Source: Thermoleophilaceae bacterium (lineage in GTDB: Bacteria > Actinomycetota > Thermoleophilia > Solirubrobacterales > Thermoleophilaceae). From it: a stretch of 64,000 nucleotides of DNA. The stretch is from the NCBI GenBank assembly GCA_035296565.1, contig DATHAQ010000047.1, forward strand, positions 1,027 through 65,026, read 5' to 3'. The notes below the pieces were generated by a model. That model searched no databases, had not been told where the DNA came from, and saw only the letters and a program-made list of their open reading frames with translations. Shown one piece after another: positions 1 through 8,235 of this stretch. Both the position numbers and the translations under genes were made by a program. Every line of letters starts with the position of its first letter. Position 1 is the first letter of the stretch.

Positions 1-263
1 AGGCCACCCAGCCGCCCGAGTACTACCGCGAGGACTGGAGCGATCCCGCCGAGATGCAGCGCAAGGCCCAGAACGAGATCTCCGACGACGAGTTCAAGGA
101 GAGCTACATCGTCTCCTCCGACCCCGCCGTCCACACCGAGCGCGTGCGAGAGCTCGAGAAGCTGGGCGCGACGATCGTGTGCCTGCAGAACGGCTCGGGA
201 GCCGACCCCCACGGCGCGCTGCGCGTCTACGGCGAGCAGGTGCTGCCGCGGCTGCGCGCCTAG
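1..263 (+). CDS. F420-dependent oxidoreductase, LLM/G6PDH-family-like (3' fragment; 5' end outside window)
   Basis: Frame 3 is open from the window edge (ATQPPEYYREDWSDPAEMQRKAQ...) to TAG at 261-263. The C-terminal sequence pattern resembles luciferase-like F420 enzymes (recognised by eye, not searched). Confidence 0.55.
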   Translation, partial: ATQPPEYYREDWSDPAEMQRKAQNEISDDEFKESYIVSSDPAVHTERVRELEKLGATIVCLQNGSGADPHGALRVYGEQVLPRLRA

Positions 264-268
264 GCTTC

Positions 269-336
269 GCGCGCACGCGCACGCCCTGCGGGAACTTCAT
301 CAGCGCCCTGACGAATTCCCCGAGAGGGTGGCGTGC
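269..336. repeat. Copy E (degenerate) of the palindromic-core intergenic repeat family
   Basis: GCGCACGCGCAC block, then TCAGCGCCCTGACGAATTCCCCGAGAGGG. This aligns with the copies at 4561-4640 and 28561-29025. It lies between the convergent gene ends at 263 and 338. Confidence 0.5.
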
Positions 337-337
337 T

Positions 338-1066
338 TCAGGCCCGTAGCCGCCTGCGCAGCTCCAGCGCGTTGCGGACGGCGAATCCCTCCCAGTCGTT
401 GTTGAAGTACACGTAGACCTCGGCGCGGCGGCGCCACTGGCTGATGCGCCGGGCCCAGGTCGCGATCTCCGCGCTCGAGTAGTTGCCCCGGCGCCCGCGT
501 GCTCCGTAGTGCAGGCGCACGAGGGTCCAGTCGCTGGTCAGCTCGTGCTCTACGTGAGGGCGCGCGGGATGGTCGCCGATGGCCAGCGCCACGCCGTGCT
601 CGCGCAGCAGGGCATAGACGTCCGGCACGTACCAGCTCGCGTGGCGCAGCTCGAAGCAGTGCCGACCGGGCGGCAGGCCCTGCAGTGCGTAGGCCAGTCG
701 CTCGTCGTCGCGCTTGAAGTTGTCGGCCAGCTGCCAGACCACCGGGCCCAGCCGGCCGGCGCCCACCAGCGGCTCGATCGCCTCGTAGAAGCGGCTCACG
801 CCCCTGTCCATGTCGGTGAGCCGCTTCATGTGGGTCAGGTAGCGGCTCGCCTTCGCCGCGAACACGAAGTCCTCCGGGGTCTGCTCGACCCAGCGGGCCA
901 CCGCCGCGGGCTTGGCCAGCCGGTAGAACGTCGAGTTGACCTCGACGGTCGAAAAGCACTCGGCGTAGCGCTCCAGCCAGTGCGACGCCGGCAGGCCATC
1001 GGGGTACAGGCGCCCGCGCCAGTCGCTGTAGTTCCAGCCCGAGCAGCCGACGTGCGCCGGCTTCAC
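338..1066 (-). CDS. DUF72 (YecE-like) family protein
   Basis: 242-aa ORF with non-shadow composition. N-terminal GCSGWNYSDWRGRLYP and C-terminal VYVYFNND motifs are typical of DUF72. Confidence 0.85.
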   Translation of the reverse strand: MKPAHVGCSGWNYSDWRGRLYPDGLPASHWLERYAECFSTVEVNSTFYRLAKPAAVARWVEQTPEDFVFAAKASRYLTHMKRLTDMDRGVSRFYEAIEPLVGAGRLGPVVWQLADNFKRDDERLAYALQGLPPGRHCFELRHASWYVPDVYALLREHGVALAIGDHPARPHVEHELTSDWTLVRLHYGARGRRGNYSSAEIATWARRISQWRRRAEVYVYFNNDWEGFAVRNALELRRRLRA

Positions 1067-1081
1067 GGCGCCAAGACGGCG

Positions 1082-1495
1082 CTACGAGCCGGGCGCACCG
1101 CCCTGGGGGCTTTCTTCGCCCTCGGGCAGGCGCCCGTCGCGGCCCACGTAGCCGCCCTTGCCGCCAGTGATCAGCAGCAGCGCAGGCTCGTCGCCGGGGT
1201 TGCGCAACCGGCGAACGGTGGAGGCGTCCACACGGGCGAGCCCGCCCGGGCCGAGCTCCTGCGTGCTGCCGTCGCCGAACTCGATCTCCACCCGTCCGCG
1301 GTGGACGAAGTAGAGCTCCTCCTGCTCGTCGTGGAAGTGCCTCCCGGCCTCGAAATGAGGCGGGAACTCGAGCCCGTTAACGCCGAAGGCCGTCACGCCC
1401 AGCTCCTTGCGTACCTTGCGAAAGCCGGGCCCGCCGTCGCCCAGGTCCTCGATGTTCGCCACGGCCCAGCCGTCGCCTTGGATCACCTCGCCCAT
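1082..1495 (-). CDS. Cupin domain protein
   Basis: Internal ATG at 1495 (MGEVIQGDGW...). Cupin motifs GRHFHDEQEELYFVHRG ... GDGSTQELGPGGLARV. The upstream part of the 241-aa ORF is Arg/Pro/Gly shadow sequence. Confidence 0.75.
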   Translation of the reverse strand: MGEVIQGDGWAVANIEDLGDGGPGFRKVRKELGVTAFGVNGLEFPPHFEAGRHFHDEQEELYFVHRGRVEIEFGDGSTQELGPGGLARVDASTVRRLRNPGDEPALLLITGGKGGYVGRDGRLPEGEESPQGGAPGS

Positions 1496-1506
1496 TGGCG
1501 GCAACC

Positions 1507-2286
1507 CTAACCCCCGGCGGCCTCCGCCGCGCGCAGCCCGCGCAGCGCCCAGGCCAGGAACACCGCCCCGAGCGCAAGGGCCGCCAGGAAGGCCGCGCCG
1601 GTGTGGAAGGGCTCGTCGGAGACCAGCCCCCGCAACGACTCGAGGATCAGCGTGAACGGGTTGAAGGTGGCCACCGCGTGCACCCAGCCCTCCAGCAGGT
1701 CGAGCGGGACGTAGACCGGCGCCAGGAACAGGGCGAGGAAGACGGGGATCTGCATCAGCGGGCCGGCCTGGATCGAGCGGAAGCGCAGGGCGATGCCGGC
1801 TGCCCACATCAGGGCGGTCACGTTGACCAGCAACCCGAGCGCCGACATCCCGATCAGCTGCGGCGCGCCGCCGTCGACGTTCATGCCCGCCGCCAGCGCG
1901 ATGCCGAACAGGAGCACCTGGATGAACAGCGCGCGCACGAGCGCGGAGAGCGCGTAGCCCGTCAGCAGGGCACTGCGCCGGGGAGCGGCCAGCATCATGC
2001 GCCGCCCGAAGCCGGACTCGAAGTCGCGCGCGATCCCGAAGCCCGTGAACACGCCCCCGAAGGCCGACGCCTGCATCAGCACGAACGAGAACTGGAAGGC
2101 CGTGTAGCCCGAGCCGAAGTCGAAGTTGGGAAGGTCCTCCACGCGCGAGAGCCCGCCCGCGAACGCCACGAAGAAGAACAGCGGGAACATGATCGAGGGG
2201 ATCAGCAGCGCGGGGTTGCCGAAGAAGTTGTGCAGGTTGCGCCAGGCCACCACCAGCGCGACGGAGCGGTAGCGCCCGACGCTCAT
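1507..2286 (-). CDS. ABC-2 type transporter permease
   Basis: Start at MSVGRYRS (ATG 2286). Six-helix hydrophobic pattern. 4-nt overlap with the upstream permease gene. Confidence 0.85.
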   Translation of the reverse strand: MSVGRYRSVALVVAWRNLHNFFGNPALLIPSIMFPLFFFVAFAGGLSRVEDLPNFDFGSGYTAFQFSFVLMQASAFGGVFTGFGIARDFESGFGRRMMLAAPRRSALLTGYALSALVRALFIQVLLFGIALAAGMNVDGGAPQLIGMSALGLLVNVTALMWAAGIALRFRSIQAGPLMQIPVFLALFLAPVYVPLDLLEGWVHAVATFNPFTLILESLRGLVSDEPFHTGAAFLAALALGAVFLAWALRGLRAAEAAGG

Positions 2287-3062
2287 GTGCGGGTCAACCT
2301 CGTGCGCAGGCTGGCGCTGGCGGCCGCCAGGAAGGCCAGGCCGATGGCGATCGAGAAGCCGAAGCCGAGCGCCAGCGCCTCGCCGTCGAAGCCCTGGATG
2401 AAGAGCGAGCGGACACCCTCGATCAGGTAGGAGACGGGGTTGTAGGTCGCCACGGTCTGAAACCAGTCCTGCTCGATCAGGTTCCGGGGCAGGTTCATCG
2501 AGGACAGGAAGAGGAAGACGAACAGCACCGGAAACAGGCCCTGCACCGCCTCGCCGGTGCCCAGCCGCAGCGCCGCGAAGATGCCGATGCAGCCGAAGGC
2601 GAACGAGATGCACAGCGCCAGCGCCAGCAGCACCGGGACGCCGGCGAGGCCGGCCTCGAAGTGGGCCCCGGCAGCCAGTCCGACGACGAGGTAGATCGCC
2701 CCCTGGGCAACACCGAGCACGAGCACGCCAGCCAGCTGACCGGTCACCAGGCTCACCCCGCTCATGGGCGTGAGCGCCAAGCGGTCCAGGAACCCGGTCT
2801 CGATGTCGCGCGCGAGATCGCTGCCCCCGTTGGACACCGAGAAGATCCCGGCCTGGATGAAGGGGATCGCCAGGGCGAAGGTCAGGAAGGAGTCGGTCGG
2901 GAACCCCGGGATCTCGGTGACCTTGCCCAGCCCCGCAGAGTTGATGGCCACGAGGATCATCGGGAAGATCAGCGAGGGCACGACCTGTGCGGGCTGGCGC
3001 AGCGTGCGGAATACGGAGCGGCGCGCGAGCGCCCCGACCTGGAGGGCGAGGGAGCCGCTCAC
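2283..3062 (-). CDS. ABC-2 type transporter permease
   Basis: 259-aa polytopic ORF, paralogous to the downstream permease. Overlaps the ATPase stop by 4 nt. Confidence 0.85.
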   Translation of the reverse strand: MSGSLALQVGALARRSVFRTLRQPAQVVPSLIFPMILVAINSAGLGKVTEIPGFPTDSFLTFALAIPFIQAGIFSVSNGGSDLARDIETGFLDRLALTPMSGVSLVTGQLAGVLVLGVAQGAIYLVVGLAAGAHFEAGLAGVPVLLALALCISFAFGCIGIFAALRLGTGEAVQGLFPVLFVFLFLSSMNLPRNLIEQDWFQTVATYNPVSYLIEGVRSLFIQGFDGEALALGFGFSIAIGLAFLAAASASLRTRLTRT

Positions 3063-4057
3063 GCCGGCTGGGGCGCGTGCGCTGCAGCCTGGTCGCCCTC
3101 CTCGCCCTCGCCCTCGAGCGAGTGCCCCGTCTTGGCGAGGAAGACGTCGTCCAGCGACGGCGCGTGCAGCTGGAGGTGCTCCACCGCCACGCCCTCGGAG
3201 TCGAGCGCGCGCACGACGTCGGCCAGGTTGCCCTCGCCGCCTGCGAGCCGCACCGCCACGGCCTCAGGCGTGCTCTGCGGGCAGTCACCGTCGTGGCCGA
3301 AGCGAGCAAGGACTCCGGCCAGCCGGCCGCGGTCGCTCGGGTCGGCGGCGACGGCCTCGACGCTGGGCTGTCCGATCTCGGCCTTCAGCGCCGCGGGCGT
3401 CCCCTCGGCGACGATCCGGCCGCCGTCGATGATCCCCACCCGGTCGGCCAGGCGGTCGGCCTCCTCGAGGTACTGCGTGGTCAGGAAGACCGTCACGCCC
3501 TCCCCGGAGGCCAGCCGTTCGACCTCGTCCCACATGGCGCTGCGGCTCTGCGGGTCGAGCCCGGTGGTGGGCTCGTCCAGGAACAGGATCCGGGGGCCGT
3601 GGACCAGCGCGAGGGCCAGGTCCAGCCGCCGCTTCATGCCGCCGGAGTAGCCGCCCACCTTGCGGTCGGCCGCCTCGGAGAGGCCGACGCGCTCGATCAG
3701 CTCGTCCCCGCGGCGGCGGCGCTCGTCGCGCGGCAGGCCCTGCAGGGCGGTCTGGAGGCGCATGTGCTCGCGGGCGGTGAGGAACGGGTCGAGCGCGGCC
3801 TCCTGCAGCGCCGCGCCGATGTGCTCGCGAACGTCCGCCCCCTGGGTGGCCACGTCGTAGCCGGCCACCAGCGCCTTGCCCTCGGTCGGCGGGATGAGCG
3901 TGGTGAGCACGTGGACCGTCGTCGACTTGCCCGCCCCGTTGGGGCCGAGGAAGCCGTAGATCTCGCCCTCCTCCACGCGAAGGTCGATCCCGTCGACCGC
4001 ACGCGGACCCTTCTTGAAGACCTTGACCAGGTCGCGGACCTCTATCGCTGCCGGCAT
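3059..4057 (-). CDS. ABC transporter ATP-binding protein (DrrA-like exporter ATPase)
   Basis: Walker A GPNGAGKST, signature YSGGMKRRL, Walker B ILFLDEPTTGLD. Start chosen at MPAAIEVRDL (ATG 4057). Confidence 0.9.
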   Translation of the reverse strand: MPAAIEVRDLVKVFKKGPRAVDGIDLRVEEGEIYGFLGPNGAGKSTTVHVLTTLIPPTEGKALVAGYDVATQGADVREHIGAALQEAALDPFLTAREHMRLQTALQGLPRDERRRRGDELIERVGLSEAADRKVGGYSGGMKRRLDLALALVHGPRILFLDEPTTGLDPQSRSAMWDEVERLASGEGVTVFLTTQYLEEADRLADRVGIIDGGRIVAEGTPAALKAEIGQPSVEAVAADPSDRGRLAGVLARFGHDGDCPQSTPEAVAVRLAGGEGNLADVVRALDSEGVAVEHLQLHAPSLDDVFLAKTGHSLEGEGEEGDQAAAHAPQPA

Positions 4058-4071
4058 GGCCCGGCACCGTA

Positions 4072-4107
4072 GCAAACTGCTTGATGTTTGCAACTATCGA
4101 AGTTTGC
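4072..4107. promoter_or_regulatory. Candidate MarR operator in the divergent ABC/marR promoter region
   Basis: In an AT-enriched 65-nt spacer: GCAAAC-N8-GTTTGC inverted repeat (4072-4091) plus a third GTTTGC half-site at 4102-4107. Confidence 0.35.
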
Positions 4108-4122
4108 GAATATCATTGGCGC

Positions 4123-4542
4123 ATGAGCACTCCGCCCGACCGGGAGGCCTGGGGGATGGTGCTGGAGCTCTTCTTCAGCCACTACCGGCCTCGGGTATGG
4201 GGCGTCGCCGCCGAGTTCGACCTCGCGCCGATGCAGATGCTCGCCCTCAAGAACCTCGAGCCCGACCGCGAGCTCCCGATGAGCTCCCTCGCCCAGCTGC
4301 TGCACTGCGACGCCTCGAACGTGACCGGCATCGTCGACCGGCTGGAGGGGCGCGGGCTCATCGAGCGCCGCCCCTCCTCGGAGGACCGGCGCGTGAAGAT
4401 GATCGCCGTGACCGAGGAGGGCCAGCGGGTGCGCCAGGAGATTGCCGAGCGCATGAACGAGCCTCCTCCCCCCATCGCAGCGCTCTCCGAGGACGACCAG
4501 CGCAGCCTGCGCGACGTCCTCGCCCGGGCCCTCCGCGGCTAG
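4123..4542 (+). CDS. MarR family transcriptional regulator
   Basis: Winged-HTH pattern LAQLLHCDASNVTGIVDRLEGRGLIERRPSSEDRRV. Divergent from the ABC exporter operon. Start at MSTPPD (ATG 4123) preferred over the ORF-track start at 4081. Confidence 0.85.
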   Translation: MSTPPDREAWGMVLELFFSHYRPRVWGVAAEFDLAPMQMLALKNLEPDRELPMSSLAQLLHCDASNVTGIVDRLEGRGLIERRPSSEDRRVKMIAVTEEGQRVRQEIAERMNEPPPPIAALSEDDQRSLRDVLARALRG

Positions 4543-4560
4543 CGGCCGGCCGGCGTCGTG

Positions 4561-4640
4561 AGGCACGGCTCCCCTGTGAAAAATTGCTCAGCCGGCTGAC
4601 GAATTTCTCCGCAGGGAGGGCACCACAGCGCCGGGTGACT
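4561..4640. repeat. Copy D of the palindromic-core intergenic repeat family
   Basis: GCTCCCCTGTGAAAAATTGCTCAGCCGGCTGACGAATTTCTCCGCAGGGAGGG, with the perfect 12-bp palindrome TCAGCCGGCTGA at 4588-4599. Lies between the convergent marR and doxX ends. Confidence 0.6.
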
Positions 4641-4653
4641 TCAACCCAGCGCG

Positions 4654-4682
4654 AGGCACGGGCGATCTCTGTGCCCGTGCCT
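4654..4682 (-). terminator. Strong hairpin 20 nt 3' of the doxX stop (terminator-like, no U-tract)
   Basis: AGGCACGGG ... CCCGTGCCT gives a 9-bp perfect stem, extendable by C-G, with a loop of about 9 nt. Confidence 0.3.
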
Positions 4683-4701
4683 CCGCGGCTGGAAAACCGG
4701 G

Positions 4702-5225
4702 CTAGGCGGCCTGCGGGTGCGCGGAGCCTCCGCGCCTGCCCAGGACCCGCCCGCCGGCCACCACGCCTGCTCCGCCTGCCACGCCGACGGCCAGCGCAGC
4801 CAGCGCCCAGCCGGACCCGGCAAGGTCGAGCCCGAGCGCGTTGTCGAGCGAGGCCGCACCCGGCCCCACCGCCGACAGCGCGAACAGCGCCGCGATCAGC
4901 GTGAGGTTGAACTCGACGCCGCCGTCCGTGTTGAAAACCCGTTTGCCAGGTGGACGGTGAGCATGGCCGTGACCATCACGGCGATCAGACCGGCCGCGGC
5001 CACCGGGGTCAACAGCCCGAGGGCAAGCAACACACCCCCGACGAACTCGATCGACCCTGACGCCAGGCCATGGAAGCGAGCCGGCTCCAAGCCGAGGGAG
5101 CCCATGAAGCCCGTCACGCCCTCGATGCCCGGCCCGCCGAACGCGCCGAACAGCTTCTGAGCGCCGTGTGCGGCGAACAGAACGCCCACGAACGCGTGGA
5201 GCACCAGCAGTCCTTCGGTCATCAC
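4702..5225 (-). pseudogene. DoxX family membrane protein, reading frame broken by a 1-nt indel
   Basis: N-terminal two-thirds is in ORF 4896-5225 (...MLTVHLANGF). The conserved C-terminal part (FNTDGGVEFNLTLIAALFALSAVGPGAASLD...) is in the frame of ORF 4702-5289. The junction is at GGGTTTTCAAC (minus strand, about 4931-4941). One extra T would restore HLANGFFNTDGG. Confidence 0.6.
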
Positions 5226-5254
5226 AACTCCTTCGGTCTTCCGAACTTCGGGTA

Positions 5255-5269
5255 CTTACGTAACGTAAG
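5255..5269. promoter_or_regulatory. Inverted repeat CTTACG-TAA-CGTAAG in the divergent doxX/antiporter spacer
   Basis: Perfect 6-3-6 palindrome in an AT-enriched 101-nt divergent intergenic region. Confidence 0.3.
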
Positions 5270-5326
5270 CATACCCGTTGTGTGCGCAACCAAACCGCCC
5301 GAGACCGGCGGTTCTAGCTTCGTCCT

Positions 5327-6907
5327 GTGGAGTCGCATACCGAGCTGATCCTCTTCGGGCTGCTCCTCGCCGTCGCGGTGCTGGCCGTGGTCGCTCGCTG
5401 GATCCGAGTGCCGTACCCGATCCTGCTGGTGCTGGGTGGCTCGGCGCTCGGCTTCGCGCCGGGGGTTCCCGAGGTCTCGCTGGACCCCGATCTCGTGCTG
5501 CTCATCTTCCTGCCGCCCCTGCTCTACTCGGCGGCCTTCTTCGCCAATCTGCACGAGCTGCGGCGCAACGCCGCGCCGATCGGCCTGCTGGCCTTCGGCC
5601 TCGTGCTGGCGACGATGGGCGCCGTCGCCGTCATCGCACACCACGCGATCGGGCTGAGCTGGGCGGTGGCCTTCACGCTCGGCGCGGTGGTCGCGCCCAC
5701 CGACGCGGTGGCCCCAGTCACGATCGTGCGCCGGCTGGGCGTCCCCCGGCGCGTGATCACCGTGATCGAGGGCGAGAGCCTGACCAACGACTGGACCGCC
5801 CTCGTGCTCTACCGCTTCGCCGTGGCCGCCGTGGTCAGCGGCAGCTTCTCGCTGGCCGAGGCCGGCCCGAAGTTCCTGCTCACCGGCGTCGGCGGCCTGG
5901 CCATCGGCCTCGGCGTGGGCCACGCGATCGCCTGGGTGCGCGCGCGCCTCGACGATCCGCCCACGGAGATCACTATCGCGCTGCTGACCGGCTACGCCGC
6001 GTACCTGCCCGCCGAGGAACTGGGCTTCTCTGGGGTGATCGCCGCGGTGACCGTCGGCGTCTACATGGGCTCGCAGACCTCGCGCCTGACCACCCCGACC
6101 GTGCGGATGCAGGGGTATGCGGTGTGGGAGATCATCCAGTTCCTGCTCAACGCCTTCCTGTTCGTGCTCATCGGCCTGCAGCTCCCGGGGGTGCTCGACG
6201 GGCTCGACGAGCGCAGCACCGGCGAGCTGGCCGGCTACACGGCCCTGGTGGGCATGGCGGTGATCGTCGTCCGCGTGCTGTGGGTGTTCGCCTTCACCTA
6301 CGTACCGCGGGCCGTAATGCCCCGCATCGCGGAGCGCTCGCAGACTCCATCCTGGCGCCAGACCGCGGCCATCTCCTGGTCGGGAATGCGCGGCGGGGTG
6401 TCGCTGGCCGCCGCCCTCGCCATCCCCCTGACCGTGGACGGGGGGGGTCCGTTCCCCGACCGGGACCTCGTCATCTTCCTGACCTATGCGGTGATCGTCG
6501 CGACCCTTGTCCTGCAGGGGCTCACCCTGCCCGGGGTGGTGCGGGCGCTCGGACTCGAGGATGACGGCCTGGACTCCGAGGAGGAGCTGCACGCCCGGGT
6601 CCAGACCGCGCTGCGGGCCCGCGAGCGCGTGGAGGAGCTGTCGGGAGAGAAATGGGTCAACGCCGACACCGCCGTGCGCCTGCGGGGGCTGTACGAGTGG
6701 CGCCACCGGCGCTTCAGCGCCCAGGCGGACGGCGACGGCGCCGATTACGACGAGCGCTCGGCCGCCTACCAGCGGCTGGTGCGCGAGGTGATCGGAGCAG
6801 AACGCCAGACCCTGCGAAAGCTGCGCAACGAGGGCCGGATCACCGACGAGGTCATGCGCCGGGTCGAGCGCGACCTCGATCTCGAGGAGAGCCGGCTCGA
6901 GGCATGA
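5327..6907 (+). CDS. Na+/H+ antiporter (CPA1/NhaP-type with C-terminal cytoplasmic domain)
   Basis: 526-aa polytopic ORF. Motifs APTDAV, ESLTNDW, SWSGMRGGVSLAAAL. GTG start at 5327. Confidence 0.9.
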   Translation: MESHTELILFGLLLAVAVLAVVARWIRVPYPILLVLGGSALGFAPGVPEVSLDPDLVLLIFLPPLLYSAAFFANLHELRRNAAPIGLLAFGLVLATMGAVAVIAHHAIGLSWAVAFTLGAVVAPTDAVAPVTIVRRLGVPRRVITVIEGESLTNDWTALVLYRFAVAAVVSGSFSLAEAGPKFLLTGVGGLAIGLGVGHAIAWVRARLDDPPTEITIALLTGYAAYLPAEELGFSGVIAAVTVGVYMGSQTSRLTTPTVRMQGYAVWEIIQFLLNAFLFVLIGLQLPGVLDGLDERSTGELAGYTALVGMAVIVVRVLWVFAFTYVPRAVMPRIAERSQTPSWRQTAAISWSGMRGGVSLAAALAIPLTVDGGGPFPDRDLVIFLTYAVIVATLVLQGLTLPGVVRALGLEDDGLDSEEELHARVQTALRARERVEELSGEKWVNADTAVRLRGLYEWRHRRFSAQADGDGADYDERSAAYQRLVREVIGAERQTLRKLRNEGRITDEVMRRVERDLDLEESRLEA

Positions 6908-6947
6908 TCATCCCGCCGCTAGAGTCCTTCGACGGAGGTCGAACGAG

Positions 6948-7247
6948 GTGAGGACCGTTACCCATCCCGCGCTGGGAGAGGTGGAGCTTGCGGACGTGCT
7001 CCACGCCCTCAGCGACCCCGTACGGCTGGAGATCATCCGGGCCCTGGCCAGGGACGGCGAGTGCCCCTGTGGCTCATTCGGGGTATCGATCTCGAAATCG
7101 ACCCTCTCGCATCACTTGAAGGTTTTGCGGCAGGCGGGCTTGACCGAAACGCGTCCAGATGGCACCCTTAGGTTGATCTCGCTGCGGCGCGAGGAGTTCG
7201 ACGAGCGCTTTCCGGAGCTGCTCGACTCCGTTCTCAGCTGCCGCTGA
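6948..7247 (+). CDS. ArsR/SmtB family transcriptional regulator
   Basis: HALSDPVRLEIIRAL ... STLSHHLKVLRQAGL wHTH pattern. GTG start. Confidence 0.8.
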   Translation: MRTVTHPALGEVELADVLHALSDPVRLEIIRALARDGECPCGSFGVSISKSTLSHHLKVLRQAGLTETRPDGTLRLISLRREEFDERFPELLDSVLSCR

Positions 7248-7323
7248 CCCTTTTTTCCGGGTTATTCGTCGTATCTCTTGGGAGAGAGGCTGATTGCAAA
7301 GCCTCGCCCCAATTGTCCCCGTC

Positions 7324-7332
7324 TGCTAATAT
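7324..7332 (+). promoter_or_regulatory. Extended -10 element (TGcTAATAT) ending 8 nt before the sigma-factor GTG, suggesting a possible leaderless mRNA
   Basis: TGCTAATAT at 7324-7332. There is no Shine-Dalgarno sequence between it and GTG 7341. The local region is AT-rich. Confidence 0.3.
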
Positions 7333-7340
7333 TTCGATAA

Positions 7341-8192
7341 GTGTCGAACGATCGCAATCTAGTCCCTGAAGTCACCACCGACTCCCTCCAGCTCTTCTTC
7401 AACGAAGCGCGGCGTCACCCCCTGCTCACCGCAGAGGAGGAGATCGAGCTCGCCAAGCGCATCGAGAAGGGCGATCTGGCGGCCAAGGACCGCATGATCA
7501 ACGCGAACCTGCGCCTGGTGATCTCGGTCGCCCGCAAGTACCAGGGCCAGGGCCTGGCCCTCGGGGACCTGATCCAGGAGGGCATGCTGGGCCTGATCCG
7601 CGCGGTCGAGAAGTTCGACTGGCGCAAGGGCTTCAAGTTCTCCACCTACGGCACCCTGTGGATCCGTCAGGCGATCGGCCGCGGCCTGGCCAATTCCGGC
7701 CGCACCGTGCGCCTGCCCGTCCACATCGTGGCCCGTGCCCGCAAGATCGCGGACGCCGAGCGCAAGCTGGCCGTCGAGTTGGGTCGCGAGCCCACCGACG
7801 CCGAGATCTCCGAGCGCGTCGAGCTGCCGATCGACGAGGTCATGGACATCCGCCGTGCCGACCAGACCCCCTCCTCGCTCGACCAGAAGGTCGGCGAGTC
7901 CGAGGAGACCGCCCTGGGCGACCTGATCGCCGGGTCGGAGCCCGGTCCCGCCGAGGAGGTCGGCGAGAACCTGGCCGGCGAGGCTGTGCATCAGGCTGTG
8001 GAGCAGCTGCCCGACGCCGAGCGCGACGTGCTGCGGCTGCGCTTCGGCTTGAGCGGCTCCGAGCCGGCGGCCCTGCGCGAGACCGGCAAGCAGCTCGGCC
8101 TCTCGACCGAGCGGGTGCGCCAGCTCGAGGACCGCGCCCTCAAGCGCCTGTCGCGCGACGAGGACCTTGCGGCCCTGCGCCAAGCCGCCTAG
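7341..8192 (+). CDS. RNA polymerase sigma-70 family factor (RpoD-like, group 1/2 architecture without long region 1.1)
   Basis: Regions 1.2 to 4.2 are recognisable: [79 protein letters not shown]. Confidence 0.9.
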   Translation: MSNDRNLVPEVTTDSLQLFFNEARRHPLLTAEEEIELAKRIEKGDLAAKDRMINANLRLVISVARKYQGQGLALGDLIQEGMLGLIRAVEKFDWRKGFKFSTYGTLWIRQAIGRGLANSGRTVRLPVHIVARARKIADAERKLAVELGREPTDAEISERVELPIDEVMDIRRADQTPSSLDQKVGESEETALGDLIAGSEPGPAEEVGENLAGEAVHQAVEQLPDAERDVLRLRFGLSGSEPAALRETGKQLGLSTERVRQLEDRALKRLSRDEDLAALRQAA

Positions 8193-8235
8193 CGGCAGCG
8201 ACTGACAGCCCGTCCTTCCGGGCAGAAGGGTCGGG

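Noticed and set aside
4925-4945. Programmed -1 ribosomal frameshift or transcriptional slippage in doxX
   Set aside because: GGG UUU UCA is not an X XXY YYZ slippery heptamer in the zero frame. A run of four T residues is too short for efficient transcriptional slippage. A simple indel or sequencing error is more parsimonious.
5222-6706. Long antisense and alternative-frame ORFs across the window (for example 5222-6706-, 7359-8420-, 13683-14927-, 20236-21876+, 30094-32565-, 37022-38833+, 42222-43853+, 53386-54963+, 61538-63148+)
   Set aside because: These are typical high-G+C shadow ORFs: extreme Arg/Gly/Pro/Ala or His/Asp/Gln content, no recognisable motifs, and each fully overlaps a gene with clear family signatures in another frame.
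5327-6907. Duplicate CPA1 antiporters (5327-6907 and 44909-46495) as a sign of recent duplication or transfer
   Set aside because: The two proteins share architecture and motifs but are clearly diverged along their length. Multiple NhaP paralogs are ordinary in Actinobacteria.
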